In this document: in pieces, positions 16,654 to 28,100 of the stretch
How the letters are laid out: every line of letters begins with the position of its first letter
Numbering within the stretch: the first letter of the stretch is position 1
NCBI GenBank assembly: GCA_963621725.1
Contig: CAVFEY010000003.1
Span: 3,327 to 67,326 of the forward strand
Source: Firmicutes bacterium AF25-13AC
Lineage (GTDB): Bacteria; Actinomycetota; Coriobacteriia; Coriobacteriales; Coriobacteriaceae
Length of the DNA stretch: 64,000 bases
Direction of reading: 5' to 3'
Program-made: the position numbers and the translations under genes
The notes under the pieces: generated by a model
Told to the model about the DNA's origin: nothing
The model's database searches: none
What the model saw: only the letters and a program-made list of their open reading frames with translations

Positions 16654-17508
16654 ATGGGCAAAGCACTCAAGCGCTGGTGGCCGCTCTTTATGCTGCCCAC
16701 GTGCCTGGCGTTTATGATCGGGTTCGTGATCCCTTTTATCCAGGGCTTCTATCTCTCGTTCTGCCAGTTTATTATCATTAGTAACGCGCACTTTGTCGGT
16801 ATCGAGAACTACGTGCGTGCGCTGTCCGATCCGCAGTTCTCCACGTCGTTCTTCTTTACCGTGGCGTTTGCCTTCCTGTCGACGGTGCTCATCAACGTGA
16901 TCGCCCTGGCCATTGCGCAGGCGCTCACCCGCAAGGCGCTCAAAGGCACCAACATCTTCCGTACGATCTTCTTTATGCCTAACCTGATCGGCGGCATCGT
17001 GCTGGGCTACATTTGGCAGATTCTGATCAACTGCCTGCTCTCCAACGTGGGCGCCCAGCTCATCGCTCTTAACTCTGCTGCTGGCTTCTGGGGCCTTATC
17101 ATCCTGACCCTGTGGCAGCAGGTCGGCTACATGATGATCATCTACATCGCTGGTCTGCAGTCCATTCCGTCCGACTACATCGAGGCCGCCAAGGTCGACG
17201 GCGCTACGGCATGGCAGACGTTTTGGAAGGTTAAGATCCCTAACCTGATGCCGACCATCACCATCTGCCTGTTCCTGTCCATCACCAACGGCTTTAAGCT
17301 GTTCGACCAGAACCTCGCCCTCACCGGCGGCGCCCCCGCGCACTCCACCGAGATGCTCGCCCTGAACATCTACAACACGTTCTATTCGCGTGCCGGTATC
17401 GCATGGCAGGGCATTGGTCAGGCCAAGGCGGTTATCTTCTGCATCTTGGTCGTGGCCATCTCCATGATCCAGCTTAAGGCCACGAGGTCCAAGGAGGTGC
17501 AGCAGTAA
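16654..17508 (+). CDS. ABC sugar transporter permease (MalF/UgpA-like)
   Basis: 284-aa six-TM protein with an EAA-loop-like IEAAKVDGATAWQTFWKVKIP. Confidence 0.85.
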   Translation: MGKALKRWWPLFMLPTCLAFMIGFVIPFIQGFYLSFCQFIIISNAHFVGIENYVRALSDPQFSTSFFFTVAFAFLSTVLINVIALAIAQALTRKALKGTNIFRTIFFMPNLIGGIVLGYIWQILINCLLSNVGAQLIALNSAAGFWGLIILTLWQQVGYMMIIYIAGLQSIPSDYIEAAKVDGATAWQTFWKVKIPNLMPTITICLFLSITNGFKLFDQNLALTGGAPAHSTEMLALNIYNTFYSRAGIAWQGIGQAKAVIFCILVVAISMIQLKATRSKEVQQ

Positions 17509-18347
17509 TGAAACGCGATAAGGTTATCAACCGCGCGCTCTCGATTTTCTTTACGATTCTGTCGCTCGCGTGGATCTACCCTGTGTTTATGATCGCGCTC
17601 AATTCCTTTAAGAAAGCGACCGCAATCAGCACCACCACGGCATTCGATCTGCTCACGCCCGAGACGTTCAACGGCCTCGCAAACTACATGCACGCCCTTA
17701 ACGAGCAGGGCTTTGCCTCGGCATTTATGTACTCGCTCATCATCACGGTCACGTCGGTCGTGCTGATCTTGGTGTGCTGCTCCATGTGCGCTTGGTACGT
17801 GGTTCGTGTCAACAACAAGATCTCGAACTTCTTCTATTACCTGTTCGTGTTCTCGATGGTCGTGCCCTTCCAGATGCTCATGTTCACGCTGTCCAATTTG
17901 GCGGACCGCATCGGCTTCAACACGCCGTTCAACATCTGCTTTATCTACCTCGGCTTTGGCGCGGGCCTGGCGGTCTTTATGTTCGCCGGTTTTGTAAAGA
18001 ACATCCCGCTCGAGATCGAGGAGGCGGCCATGATTGATGGCTGCAACCCGGTCCAGGTGTTCTTTAAGATCGTCCTTCCCATCATGAAGCCCACCTATCT
18101 TTCGGTCGGCATCCTCGAGACCATGTGGGTCTGGAACGACTACCTGCTGCCCTACCTTACGCTCGACTCCACCAAGTATAAGACCATTCCTATCTTGATC
18201 CAGTACTTCCGCGGCGGCTACGGCCACGTCGAGCTCGGCCCCATGATGGCCTGCATCATGATGGTCGTTATCCCCATCGTCATCATGTACATCCTCTGCC
18301 AGAAATACATCATCGACGGTGTGGTGGCAGGTGCCGTCAAGGGCTGA
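17508..18347 (+). CDS. ABC sugar transporter permease (MalG/UgpE-like)
   Basis: 279-aa six-TM protein with EAA loop EEAAMIDGCNPVQVFFKIVLP. Start overlaps the upstream stop. Confidence 0.85.
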   Translation: MKRDKVINRALSIFFTILSLAWIYPVFMIALNSFKKATAISTTTAFDLLTPETFNGLANYMHALNEQGFASAFMYSLIITVTSVVLILVCCSMCAWYVVRVNNKISNFFYYLFVFSMVVPFQMLMFTLSNLADRIGFNTPFNICFIYLGFGAGLAVFMFAGFVKNIPLEIEEAAMIDGCNPVQVFFKIVLPIMKPTYLSVGILETMWVWNDYLLPYLTLDSTKYKTIPILIQYFRGGYGHVELGPMMACIMMVVIPIVIMYILCQKYIIDGVVAGAVKG

Positions 18348-18415
18348 TGCCGTAACTGTTTTGCAAGTTTTGGCGGCGTCCCTCAGCGCGGCGCCGCGTA
18401 TCGAAAGGTAAAGAC

Positions 18416-19615
18416 ATGGCCGAGATTGTTCTCAAACATGTTCAGAAGGTGTATCCCAACAACGAGTCAAAAAAGAAGGGCTTCTTTGGCAAAAAGAAGA
18501 AGACCGAGGAGAAGAAGCACAACCTCAAGGTTACCGAGGACGGTGTGCTCGCTGTAGAGGACTTCAACCTCACCGTTCACGACCAGGAGTTCGTCGTCCT
18601 CGTTGGCCCCTCTGGCTGCGGTAAGTCCACGACGATGCGCATGGTCGCCGGCCTGGAGGACATTACCTCGGGCGATGTGCTCATCGACGGCAAGCGTGTC
18701 AACGACGTGGCGCCCAAGGACCGCGACATCGCCATGGTGTTCCAGAGCTACGCTCTGTACCCCAATATGACGGTGTACGAGAACATGGCATTTACGCTCG
18801 AGCTCAAGAAGGTTCCCAAGGACGAGATCGACCGCAAGGTTCGCTCTGCTGCCGAGATTCTGGGCATTACCGAGTACCTCGACCGTAAGCCCAAGGCGCT
18901 CTCCGGCGGCCAACGCCAGCGTGTCGCTATCGGCCGCGCCATCGTGCGTGACCCCAAGGTCTTCCTGATGGACGAGCCGCTGTCCAACCTGGACGCCAAG
19001 CTGCGTAACCAGATGCGTGCCGAGCTCATTAAGCTGCGCCACGAGATCAAGGGCACGTTCATTTATGTTACTCACGACCAGACCGAGGCCATGACCCTTG
19101 GCGACCGTATCGTGGTCATGAAGGACGGCGTCGTCCAGCAGATCGCCACGCCGCAGGAGGTCTTCAACCATCCCGCGAACATCTTCGTCGCCGGCTTCAT
19201 CGGCGTGCCGCAGATGAACTTCTTCGATGCCCAGCTGGTGCGCTCGGGCAACGGCTTTACCGTCAAGACCGAGGATATGAACGTGGCGCTCGCCCCCGAG
19301 ACTTGCGCTCAGCTTGCCCTCAACTGGGACGGCGGCGACGTGAAGGAGATTACGGCCGGCGTGCGTCCCGAGCAGATTCTGCTTGCCGACAAGGGCGAGG
19401 AGGGCGCGCTCCAGGGTACCGTCGAGGTGACCGAGCTCATGGGCTCGACCGAGCATGTCCACGTGACCGCTCCCGACGGCCAGTTTGTCCTGATTATCCC
19501 CGTCGTCGACCTCGAGGCCAAGGGCGCGCTCAAGGCTGGCGACACCATCTGGTTCAAGTTCGAGAAGAACGCGACCCACCTCTTCGATAAGGTCTCTGGC
19601 AAGAACCTTATCTAG
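18416..19615 (+). CDS. ABC sugar transporter ATP-binding protein (MsmK/MalK-like)
   Basis: Walker A GPSGCGKST, signature LSGGQRQR, Walker B FLMDEP and a C-terminal TOBE-like domain. There is a Lys-rich insert near the N-terminus. Confidence 0.9.
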   Translation: MAEIVLKHVQKVYPNNESKKKGFFGKKKKTEEKKHNLKVTEDGVLAVEDFNLTVHDQEFVVLVGPSGCGKSTTMRMVAGLEDITSGDVLIDGKRVNDVAPKDRDIAMVFQSYALYPNMTVYENMAFTLELKKVPKDEIDRKVRSAAEILGITEYLDRKPKALSGGQRQRVAIGRAIVRDPKVFLMDEPLSNLDAKLRNQMRAELIKLRHEIKGTFIYVTHDQTEAMTLGDRIVVMKDGVVQQIATPQEVFNHPANIFVAGFIGVPQMNFFDAQLVRSGNGFTVKTEDMNVALAPETCAQLALNWDGGDVKEITAGVRPEQILLADKGEEGALQGTVEVTELMGSTEHVHVTAPDGQFVLIIPVVDLEAKGALKAGDTIWFKFEKNATHLFDKVSGKNLI

Positions 19616-19683
19616 GCCCGGTGCATCCAGGCTCTCCCTTTGGGCGACTGCGGTATTGCCATCCTTTTGCCGCGGTCACATAT

Positions 19684-19729
19684 AAGGCTCCCCTCCCGTC
19701 CACTGGGCGAGAGGGGAGCCTTTCTTTGT
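19684..19729 (+). terminator. terminator after the ABC operon
   Basis: AAGGCTCCCCTC-loop-GAGGGGAGCCTT followed by TCTTTGTG. Confidence 0.65.
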
Positions 19730-19754
19730 GTTGGGGTTGTCTGGCCGGTCGTTT

Positions 19755-19982
19755 GTCTCGATCTGTAACAGGTAGGGCCGATTTCGGACGTTAGATGTTA
19801 CAGATCGAGACGGTTCCGCTGAGCTAACCATTTCATCTAAATCTGTAACACCAAAGGTGAATTTCAGCTGCTAGATGTTACAGATTGAGATTGACCCAAG
19901 GGGAGGGGCCGGTATGTCTCAATCTGTAACAGCTGGGGCCGTTTTTACCGAGTAGCTGTTACAGATCGAGATTCTTCGGTCG
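19755..19982. repeat. array of three ~80-bp units, each a 16-bp inverted repeat (TCTCGATCTGTAACA / TGTTACAGATCGAGA) around a ~25-nt loop
   Basis: Units at 19755-19811, 19835-19891 and 19916-19982. Loops are related (GGNNGGGCCG.TTT...TAG). Lies in the convergent gap between the ABC ATPase and glgP. Confidence 0.9.
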
Positions 19983-20072
19983 AGTCGGGTCACAGGGTAG
20001 CGTGCGGGCACAAAAAACGGAGCCGTGTTGCCACGACTCCGTTTCTCAAGAGGATGGGTAAGGAAAGCGAAA

Positions 20073-22340
<2,268 letters not shown>

Positions 22341-22466
22341 GTTTTCTCCTGTGATGGGTTGTTTCATGTCTGCAATTCATAAGAAGCCCGCGCGAGGGGA
22401 TTGGGGTGGCCTCGCGCGGGAAAAGCAAGCGCGTCCGCACGGTGGGGGGGTCGGGCGCGGTAGCTC

Positions 22467-23987
22467 CTATTGAGGAAGCTCGATTTCGGCTTCCGACGGG
22501 ATGCGGAAGTAGGTCTCGGTCCAGTCGGTGAGTTTGTGCTCGAGCTCGCGGGTGATGGCGCCGTCGAGCATGCGCCAAGTCCAGTTGCCGCCCAGCGTGG
22601 CAGGGGTGTTGATGCGCGCCTCGTTGCCCAAGTTAAGCAGATCCTGCATGGTGTAGATGCACGTGTCGCTCACGCTGGCGGCGATGGTGCGATTGAGTGC
22701 ATCTGCCATGGGTTCGCCGGCCTGCTGATGGGTGTACAGGGCTGCCTGCTCGCGCTGACGCGGGGTGGCCGTTCCCTCAAACCAACCGCGCGCCGTCTCG
22801 TTATCGTGGGTGCCCACATAGGCGACGGTGTTGGCGATGTAGTTATGCGGCAGGTAGTACGAGTTGGTGCCCTCAAAGGCAAACTGCAGGATCTTCATGC
22901 CGGGGAAGCCCGAGTTGTCGCGCATGTCGATGACGCCGGGGGTGAGGAAGCCCAGGTCCTCGGCGATGATGGGCAGTGTGCCGAGCTTTTCCTCGAGCGT
23001 CTTGAAGAACTTAAGGCCGGGACCCTGCGTCCACGAACCGTAGGACGAATCGGGCGAGGAGAACGGCACCTCCCAATAGGCTTCGAAGCCGCGGAAGTGA
23101 TCCAGGCGGATGACGTCGTACATGTCGAGGGCGGCGCGAATGCGGCCCTCCCACCAGGAGAAGCCGTCGGACTCCATGGCGTCCCAGTCGTAGATGGGGT
23201 TGCCCCAGTACTGGCCGGTGGCCGAGAACTGGTCGGGCGGCGTGCCGGCGACGCTCACGGGATTGCCGGCGGCGTCGATCTTAAAGAGCTCAGGCGTCGC
23301 CCACATCTCGACGGAGTCACGCGAGACATAGATGGGCAGGTCGCCGATGATGAGAATGTCGCGCTCGTTGGCATAGGCCTTGAGGCGGCTCCATTGGCGG
23401 TCGAAGAAATACTGCGTCATCTGGTGGTAGAGCATACGCGCCGGATGGTCGGCGCAGACCTTGGCGGAAGCCTCGCCGCGGGTGCGAAGCTCCGCGGGCC
23501 ACTCCCAAAACGCCTTGAGACCGCACTCCTCTTTGACGGTCATGAACTCACTGTAGGGGATGAGCCAGTCCTCGTTGGCCTGGATAAAGTCATCGAAATC
23601 GGCCGGCTTGTCGGCAGCAAAGCGCTCGGCGGCGCGGTCGAGAATCTGACGGCGGCCACCAAAGATGGCACCGTAGTCGACATTGCTGGGGTCGGATCCC
23701 AGATACACGCCATCGATATCGCGCTGCTCCAGATACCCTGCCTCGATAAGCTCGGCAAAGTCGATAAAGTTGGGGTTGCCTGCGCGGGCCGAGAACGACT
23801 GATAGGGCGAATCGCCATAGCTGGTCGTCGTAAGGGGCAGAATCTGCCAGTAATGTTGTTTGCACGAGGCGAGAAAATCGACGAAGTCGTAGGCATTCCA
23901 GCCAAAGCCGCCGATTCCGTATGGTCCGGGCAGAGATGAGACGGGCATGAGGACGCCGCTTGCACGCTCCATGAATGCGCTCACCAA
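22467..23987 (-). CDS. malQ: 4-alpha-glucanotransferase (amylomaltase)
   Basis: N-terminus RASGVLMPVSSLPGPYGIGGFG, plus DHFRGF and WGNPIYDW motifs of GH77. The start could be GTG 23987 or ATG 23975. Confidence 0.9.
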   Translation of the reverse strand: MVSAFMERASGVLMPVSSLPGPYGIGGFGWNAYDFVDFLASCKQHYWQILPLTTTSYGDSPYQSFSARAGNPNFIDFAELIEAGYLEQRDIDGVYLGSDPSNVDYGAIFGGRRQILDRAAERFAADKPADFDDFIQANEDWLIPYSEFMTVKEECGLKAFWEWPAELRTRGEASAKVCADHPARMLYHQMTQYFFDRQWSRLKAYANERDILIIGDLPIYVSRDSVEMWATPELFKIDAAGNPVSVAGTPPDQFSATGQYWGNPIYDWDAMESDGFSWWEGRIRAALDMYDVIRLDHFRGFEAYWEVPFSSPDSSYGSWTQGPGLKFFKTLEEKLGTLPIIAEDLGFLTPGVIDMRDNSGFPGMKILQFAFEGTNSYYLPHNYIANTVAYVGTHDNETARGWFEGTATPRQREQAALYTHQQAGEPMADALNRTIAASVSDTCIYTMQDLLNLGNEARINTPATLGGNWTWRMLDGAITRELEHKLTDWTETYFRIPSEAEIELPQ

Positions 23988-24135
23988 CCTTCTTGTTGTG
24001 GGGTCGGCCTGCCGATGGGTGTGCAGTCCGCCTCCGATGTTCTGATTCGATACGCCTATTGTAAAACATGTTGTTTAAACATGTACAGGCAAGATAAAAA
24101 AGTTGGTCGATTTTCGGCGAATGGTTACATGCCAT

Positions 24136-24170
24136 GAAAAAGCCCCGACCTCACAACGTGAGATCGGGGC
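24136..24170 (-). terminator. terminator of galE
   Basis: Minus strand GCCCCGATCTCAC-GTT-GTGAGGTCGGGGC followed by TTTTTC. Confidence 0.7.
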
Positions 24171-24192
24171 AAGAGCGGTATGTAGGTTTTTG

Positions 24193-25254
24193 CTACTCGG
24201 CGTCGGCGAAGCCATTGGGGTTGTGGCTCTGCCAGTTCCAGCTATCGCGGCACATGTCCGCGATGTCGTACTGGGCCTTCCAGCCCATCATACGCTCGGC
24301 CTTGGAGGCATCGCACCAGTTGGCAGCGATGTCGCCGGCGCGGCGCTCGCGGATCACGTAGGGCAGCTCCTTGCCACAAGCCTTGGAGAAGGCGGCGACG
24401 ACCTCGAGTACCGAGGTGCCGGTGCCGGTGCCCAGGTTAAAGATCTCGACGCCGGTCTTGCCGTTCATCCAGTTAAGGGCGGCAACGTGACCAGAGGCCA
24501 GATCGCACACGTGGATGTAGTCGCGCACGCCGGTGCCGTCGGGGGTGGGGTAATCGTTGCCAAAGACCTGAACGGCCTCGAGCTTGCCCACGGCAACCTG
24601 GGCGACATAGGGCACCAGGTTGTTGGGGATGCCCTTGGGGTCCTCGCCGATCAGGCCTGACGGATGAGCGCCGATGGGGTTGAAGTAACGGAGCAGCACG
24701 ACGTCCCACTCGGGGTCGGCGGTGTGGACGTCCATAAGGATCTGCTCGATCATCCACTTGGTCCAACCATAGGGGTTGGTCGCGGGCTTCTTGGGATCCT
24801 CCTCGGTGACGGGCGGGTTGTCCGGGTCGCCGTAGACGGTCGAGGAGCTCGAGAAGATGATGGACTTGCAGCCATGGTTGCGCATGACGTCGATGAGCAC
24901 CAGGGTGTTCTCGATGTTGTTGTGATAGTACTCGACGGGCTTGCTCACCGACTCGCCGACGGCCTTAAAGCCGGCAAAGTGGATGACGCGGTCGATCTGA
25001 TGGGTATCGAAGATCTTGTTCATCGCATCGCGGTCGAGTACGTTGGCCTCGTAGAAGGTGAGGTTCTTGGCGGCCTCGTCGCCCACGATGGTCTTGACGC
25101 GGTCGACGGCGACGGCGCTGGAGTTGGAGAGATCATCGACGATGACGACCTGGTAACCACCCTCGAGCAGCTGAACGACGGTGTGCGAGCCGATAAAGCC
25201 GGCGCCACCGGTAACGAGGACGCAGGTGTCTTTGGGGTCGAGTGCTTTGGACAT
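24193..25254 (-). CDS. galE: UDP-glucose 4-epimerase
   Basis: VLVTGGAGFIGSH Rossmann motif, YGWTKWM (YxxxK), and an end resembling GalE. ATG at 25254 is chosen over the longer ORF. Confidence 0.9.
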   Translation of the reverse strand: MSKALDPKDTCVLVTGGAGFIGSHTVVQLLEGGYQVVIVDDLSNSSAVAVDRVKTIVGDEAAKNLTFYEANVLDRDAMNKIFDTHQIDRVIHFAGFKAVGESVSKPVEYYHNNIENTLVLIDVMRNHGCKSIIFSSSSTVYGDPDNPPVTEEDPKKPATNPYGWTKWMIEQILMDVHTADPEWDVVLLRYFNPIGAHPSGLIGEDPKGIPNNLVPYVAQVAVGKLEAVQVFGNDYPTPDGTGVRDYIHVCDLASGHVAALNWMNGKTGVEIFNLGTGTGTSVLEVVAAFSKACGKELPYVIRERRAGDIAANWCDASKAERMMGWKAQYDIADMCRDSWNWQSHNPNGFADAE

Positions 25255-25520
25255 GTAGTCTCCTATCGAATCAGGAACACTTCTAGAGGGGAGTATAGCG
25301 CAGGCAGGGACGCCCAAATCGTACGCGGCAGGAAAAGCAGAGGATTATGTTAACGTACTCATAACAGAGCTTGCGTACGCATAACCTGATCTTTGGCATT
25401 TGCTTACGAGCCGCCGACCTTGCAGTTTCCTGCCGTTCGTGGAAATCGTTGGGACGCGCCATATGTACGCTAATATGTATGAGTTGAGCGACATATAAAT
25501 AAGCATGTAACGGAGTACAT

Positions 25521-26726
25521 ATGTCACCAAACAGCGATTCCATCCTTTCCCAGGAGCTCTCGCGCCGCACTGCCCTCAAGGCCCTGTTCGGCGCCGCTTC
25601 TGCGGCAGTTCTTTTTGGCCTGCCCGCTCGCGCCCATGCGGCGGAGGCTTCCAAAGAAACCACCGATAAACTGAATGCCGCCCAGGCCCAGCTCGACGAG
25701 GTTCAGGCCCAGCTCGACAGCATCGCAAATGAGTATGCGGCGCTGGCCAACAAGAATGCCCAGACCCTCAACGACATCGAGAATGTCCAGGGCAAGATTG
25801 ACGACACGCAGGCCCAGATCGATGAAAAGAAGGCCGAGCTCAAGAAGAAGCGCAACGACCTTTCCGATCGCGTGGCCGCCAGCTACAAGTCCGGCGGCAC
25901 GAACATCCTGTCGCTGCTGCTGGCCTCTGGCTCGTTTGAGGAACTCGTCGCCAACGCGCATTACGTTGAGAAGATCAACAAGAGCGACCGCGATGCCATC
26001 GAGGATATTCAGACCATCCAGGAAGAGCTCGATGCGCAAAAGACCGAGCTCGAGTCGCAGAAGGCCGACTTAGAGAAGCTCAAGGACCAGCAGACTGCCC
26101 AGATGCAGGACATGCAGGCCAAGCAGCAAGAAGTCCAGACCGTGCTGAACGGTCTTTCCGACGACGTCAAGGAGCTCATGGCTCAGCGCGATTCCGAGAT
26201 CCTCGCTGCCGCCCAGGCTGAGGAGGCCGCTAGGAAGGCTGCCGCTGCCGCGGCTGCCGCGAACAAGAACAATTCCTACTCGGGTGGTTCGAGCTCGGGT
26301 GGTGGATCGTACGCGCCCGGAACTCCGCAGCAGAATGCCGGCTCGGGCAAGCAGCAGGCTGTCGTCAACGCGTGCTACTCCACGCCTTCGCCGGGTCAGA
26401 ACTGGTGCGCGGCGTGGGTCACCAATGTCTTCCGTAACGCCGGCGTTGGCTACTTTGGAGGCAATGCGTGCGACATGTTTAACGCCTGGTGCTATAGCTC
26501 CGACCGCTCGGCGCTGCAGGTGGGCATGATCGTGGCCGATTCCTCGCACAGCGGCACGGGTGCTCCGGGCCTTATCTACGGTCATGTGGGTATCTACGTT
26601 GGCGGCGGCATCGTTATGAGCAACGAGGGTGCCATTACATCGAAGTCGCTCGATTCGTTCATTAGCTTTTATGGTACTGGCTCTGGCGTGCGCTGGGGCT
26701 GGCTTGGCGGTATTGCGCTGTCGTAG
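25521..26726 (+). CDS. secreted coiled-coil protein with a C-terminal Cys/His (CHAP/NlpC-P60-like) domain, PcsB-like
   Basis: Tat/Sec-like signal RRTALKALFGAASAAVLFGLPARAHA, about 200 aa of heptad-rich coiled coil, a Gly/Ser linker, then NWCAAWV...GHVGIYVG (catalytic Cys/His pattern). Confidence 0.6.
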   Translation: MSPNSDSILSQELSRRTALKALFGAASAAVLFGLPARAHAAEASKETTDKLNAAQAQLDEVQAQLDSIANEYAALANKNAQTLNDIENVQGKIDDTQAQIDEKKAELKKKRNDLSDRVAASYKSGGTNILSLLLASGSFEELVANAHYVEKINKSDRDAIEDIQTIQEELDAQKTELESQKADLEKLKDQQTAQMQDMQAKQQEVQTVLNGLSDDVKELMAQRDSEILAAAQAEEAARKAAAAAAAANKNNSYSGGSSSGGGSYAPGTPQQNAGSGKQQAVVNACYSTPSPGQNWCAAWVTNVFRNAGVGYFGGNACDMFNAWCYSSDRSALQVGMIVADSSHSGTGAPGLIYGHVGIYVGGGIVMSNEGAITSKSLDSFISFYGTGSGVRWGWLGGIALS

Positions 26727-26745
26727 CTGCGGTTTGAAGTAAGTT

Positions 26746-26876
26746 GGTCCGGGACCGCGGGCGAGGCATAAGGTTGCCTGCTCTACAGTCCTGCGCAAGA
26801 CGAAGGCCACATTAAGTGGCCTTCTTTGCGTGCGGAACTCGCGACCAACCTTATGCCTCGCCCGCGGTCCCGGACC
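26746..26876 (+). repeat. family-1 structured palindromic element, copy 4 (30-bp perfect arms)
   Basis: Arms GGTCCGGGACCGCGGGCGAGGCATAAGGTT / exact reverse complement around a core almost identical to copy 1. Starts 19 nt after the stop at 26726. Confidence 0.9.
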
Positions 26877-26954
26877 TTCCGGGTTCGGGGCGCGACGCAC
26901 CGGACTGGGTTATCTGAATAAATATGGCGAAGGCCCCTTTCGGGGCCTTCTTTT

Positions 26955-27962
26955 TTATAAAAATTCGCCGACTCGGTGGACTTCGGGTTCTAGGTCTACG
27001 TTGAATTGGTCTTTGACGGTTGTCTGGATGTGGCGGATGAGTTCGTCGACATCGGCGGCGGTGGCGTGGTCGGCGTTGACGATGAAGCCGCAGTGCTTCT
27101 CGCTCACCTGCGCGCCGCCAACGGCGTGTCCTCGCAGGCCGGCATCCATGATGAGTTTGCCGGCAAAGTAACCCTCGGGGCGCTTGAAAGTGGAGCCGGC
27201 ACTCGGCATGTCGAGCGGCTGCTTGTCCTCGCGGCGCTGGCGGTAGTCGTCCATGTCGGCCTTGATCATCGCGGCGTTGCCCGGGGCGAGATTGAAGGTG
27301 GCCGAAAGCACGATAAAGCCGTCATCGGCGATGCGGCTCTTTCGATAACCCAGGTTGAGCTCGTCGACATCGAACTCGATGATATTGCCGCTGCCGCGGG
27401 TGCCGTCGTCGAGCTGGCGAGCGGGTTTGTAGACGCGCACGGACTCCAGCACATCGGCCATGCAGGCGCCGTAAGCTCCGGCGTTCATGTAGCAGGCGCC
27501 GCCGACCGATCCGGGGATGCCCGAGATGGGCTCCATGCCGGTGAGACCGGCCTCGGCTGCCGCCGCGGCGACATCGGAAAGCAGAGCGCCGGCTGCTGCC
27601 GTGACGTGCGTGCCGTCGACCGTAATGTCGGAGAGGCCTTCGCCCAGCGCTACGACGACGCCGCGGATGCCCTTGTCGCCGACGAGTAGGTCGGAGCCGT
27701 TGCCCACAATGGTGAGCGGCAGGTCGCAGCGATAGCAGGTGTCGAGCGTGGCGACGAGGCCCTGCTCGGTATCGGGCGTGATAAAGACGTCGGCCGGGCC
27801 GCCGATCTTAAACGTGGTGTGCTCGCGCATGGGCTCGCTCATGAGCACATTGTCCTCGCCGGCAACGCCAGCGAGCGCGCACAGCAGGTCCTCGTTAAAA
27901 AAGTCGTTCTCGTGCATATGAATATCCGCCTTTTGGTGGTCGTCGTCATCAATCGATTGCAA
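26955..27962 (-). CDS. murB: UDP-N-acetylenolpyruvoylglucosamine reductase
   Basis: FAD-binding HTTFKIGGPADVF, GNGSDLL, and C-terminal GGAQVSEKHCGFIVN. ATG at 27917 is an alternative start. Confidence 0.85.
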   Translation of the reverse strand: MQSIDDDDHQKADIHMHENDFFNEDLLCALAGVAGEDNVLMSEPMREHTTFKIGGPADVFITPDTEQGLVATLDTCYRCDLPLTIVGNGSDLLVGDKGIRGVVVALGEGLSDITVDGTHVTAAAGALLSDVAAAAAEAGLTGMEPISGIPGSVGGACYMNAGAYGACMADVLESVRVYKPARQLDDGTRGSGNIIEFDVDELNLGYRKSRIADDGFIVLSATFNLAPGNAAMIKADMDDYRQRREDKQPLDMPSAGSTFKRPEGYFAGKLIMDAGLRGHAVGGAQVSEKHCGFIVNADHATAADVDELIRHIQTTVKDQFNVDLEPEVHRVGEFL

Positions 27963-28100
27963 TATACCCCACCCGGACGGATTTGGTGCGCTGACGGCGA
28001 TAAAACAGCCGTCTACCGGATTGGTAAAGTGTTTATCACCGAGGTAGAGGGGTAGTCGCTATACTTTCAAGAGATTGCGCGTAAACCCGGAAGGAGCGAG

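Noticed and set aside
19755-19982. Possible CRISPR array
   Set aside because: The repeats alternate in orientation (hairpin units), there are only three units, the spacers are related to each other, and no cas genes are present in the window.
24060-24095. Operator-like palindrome TGTTTAAACA in the malQ-glgP promoter region
   Set aside because: It is only a 10-bp AT-rich palindrome with imperfect extension. That is not enough to call a LacI/MalR operator without a search or comparison.
25318-25520. c-di-AMP (ydaO-type) riboswitch upstream of the PcsB-like hydrolase
   Set aside because: The region is AT-rich without the conserved GGGGA/ACGGGG-type elements or pseudo-symmetric helices expected for that class.
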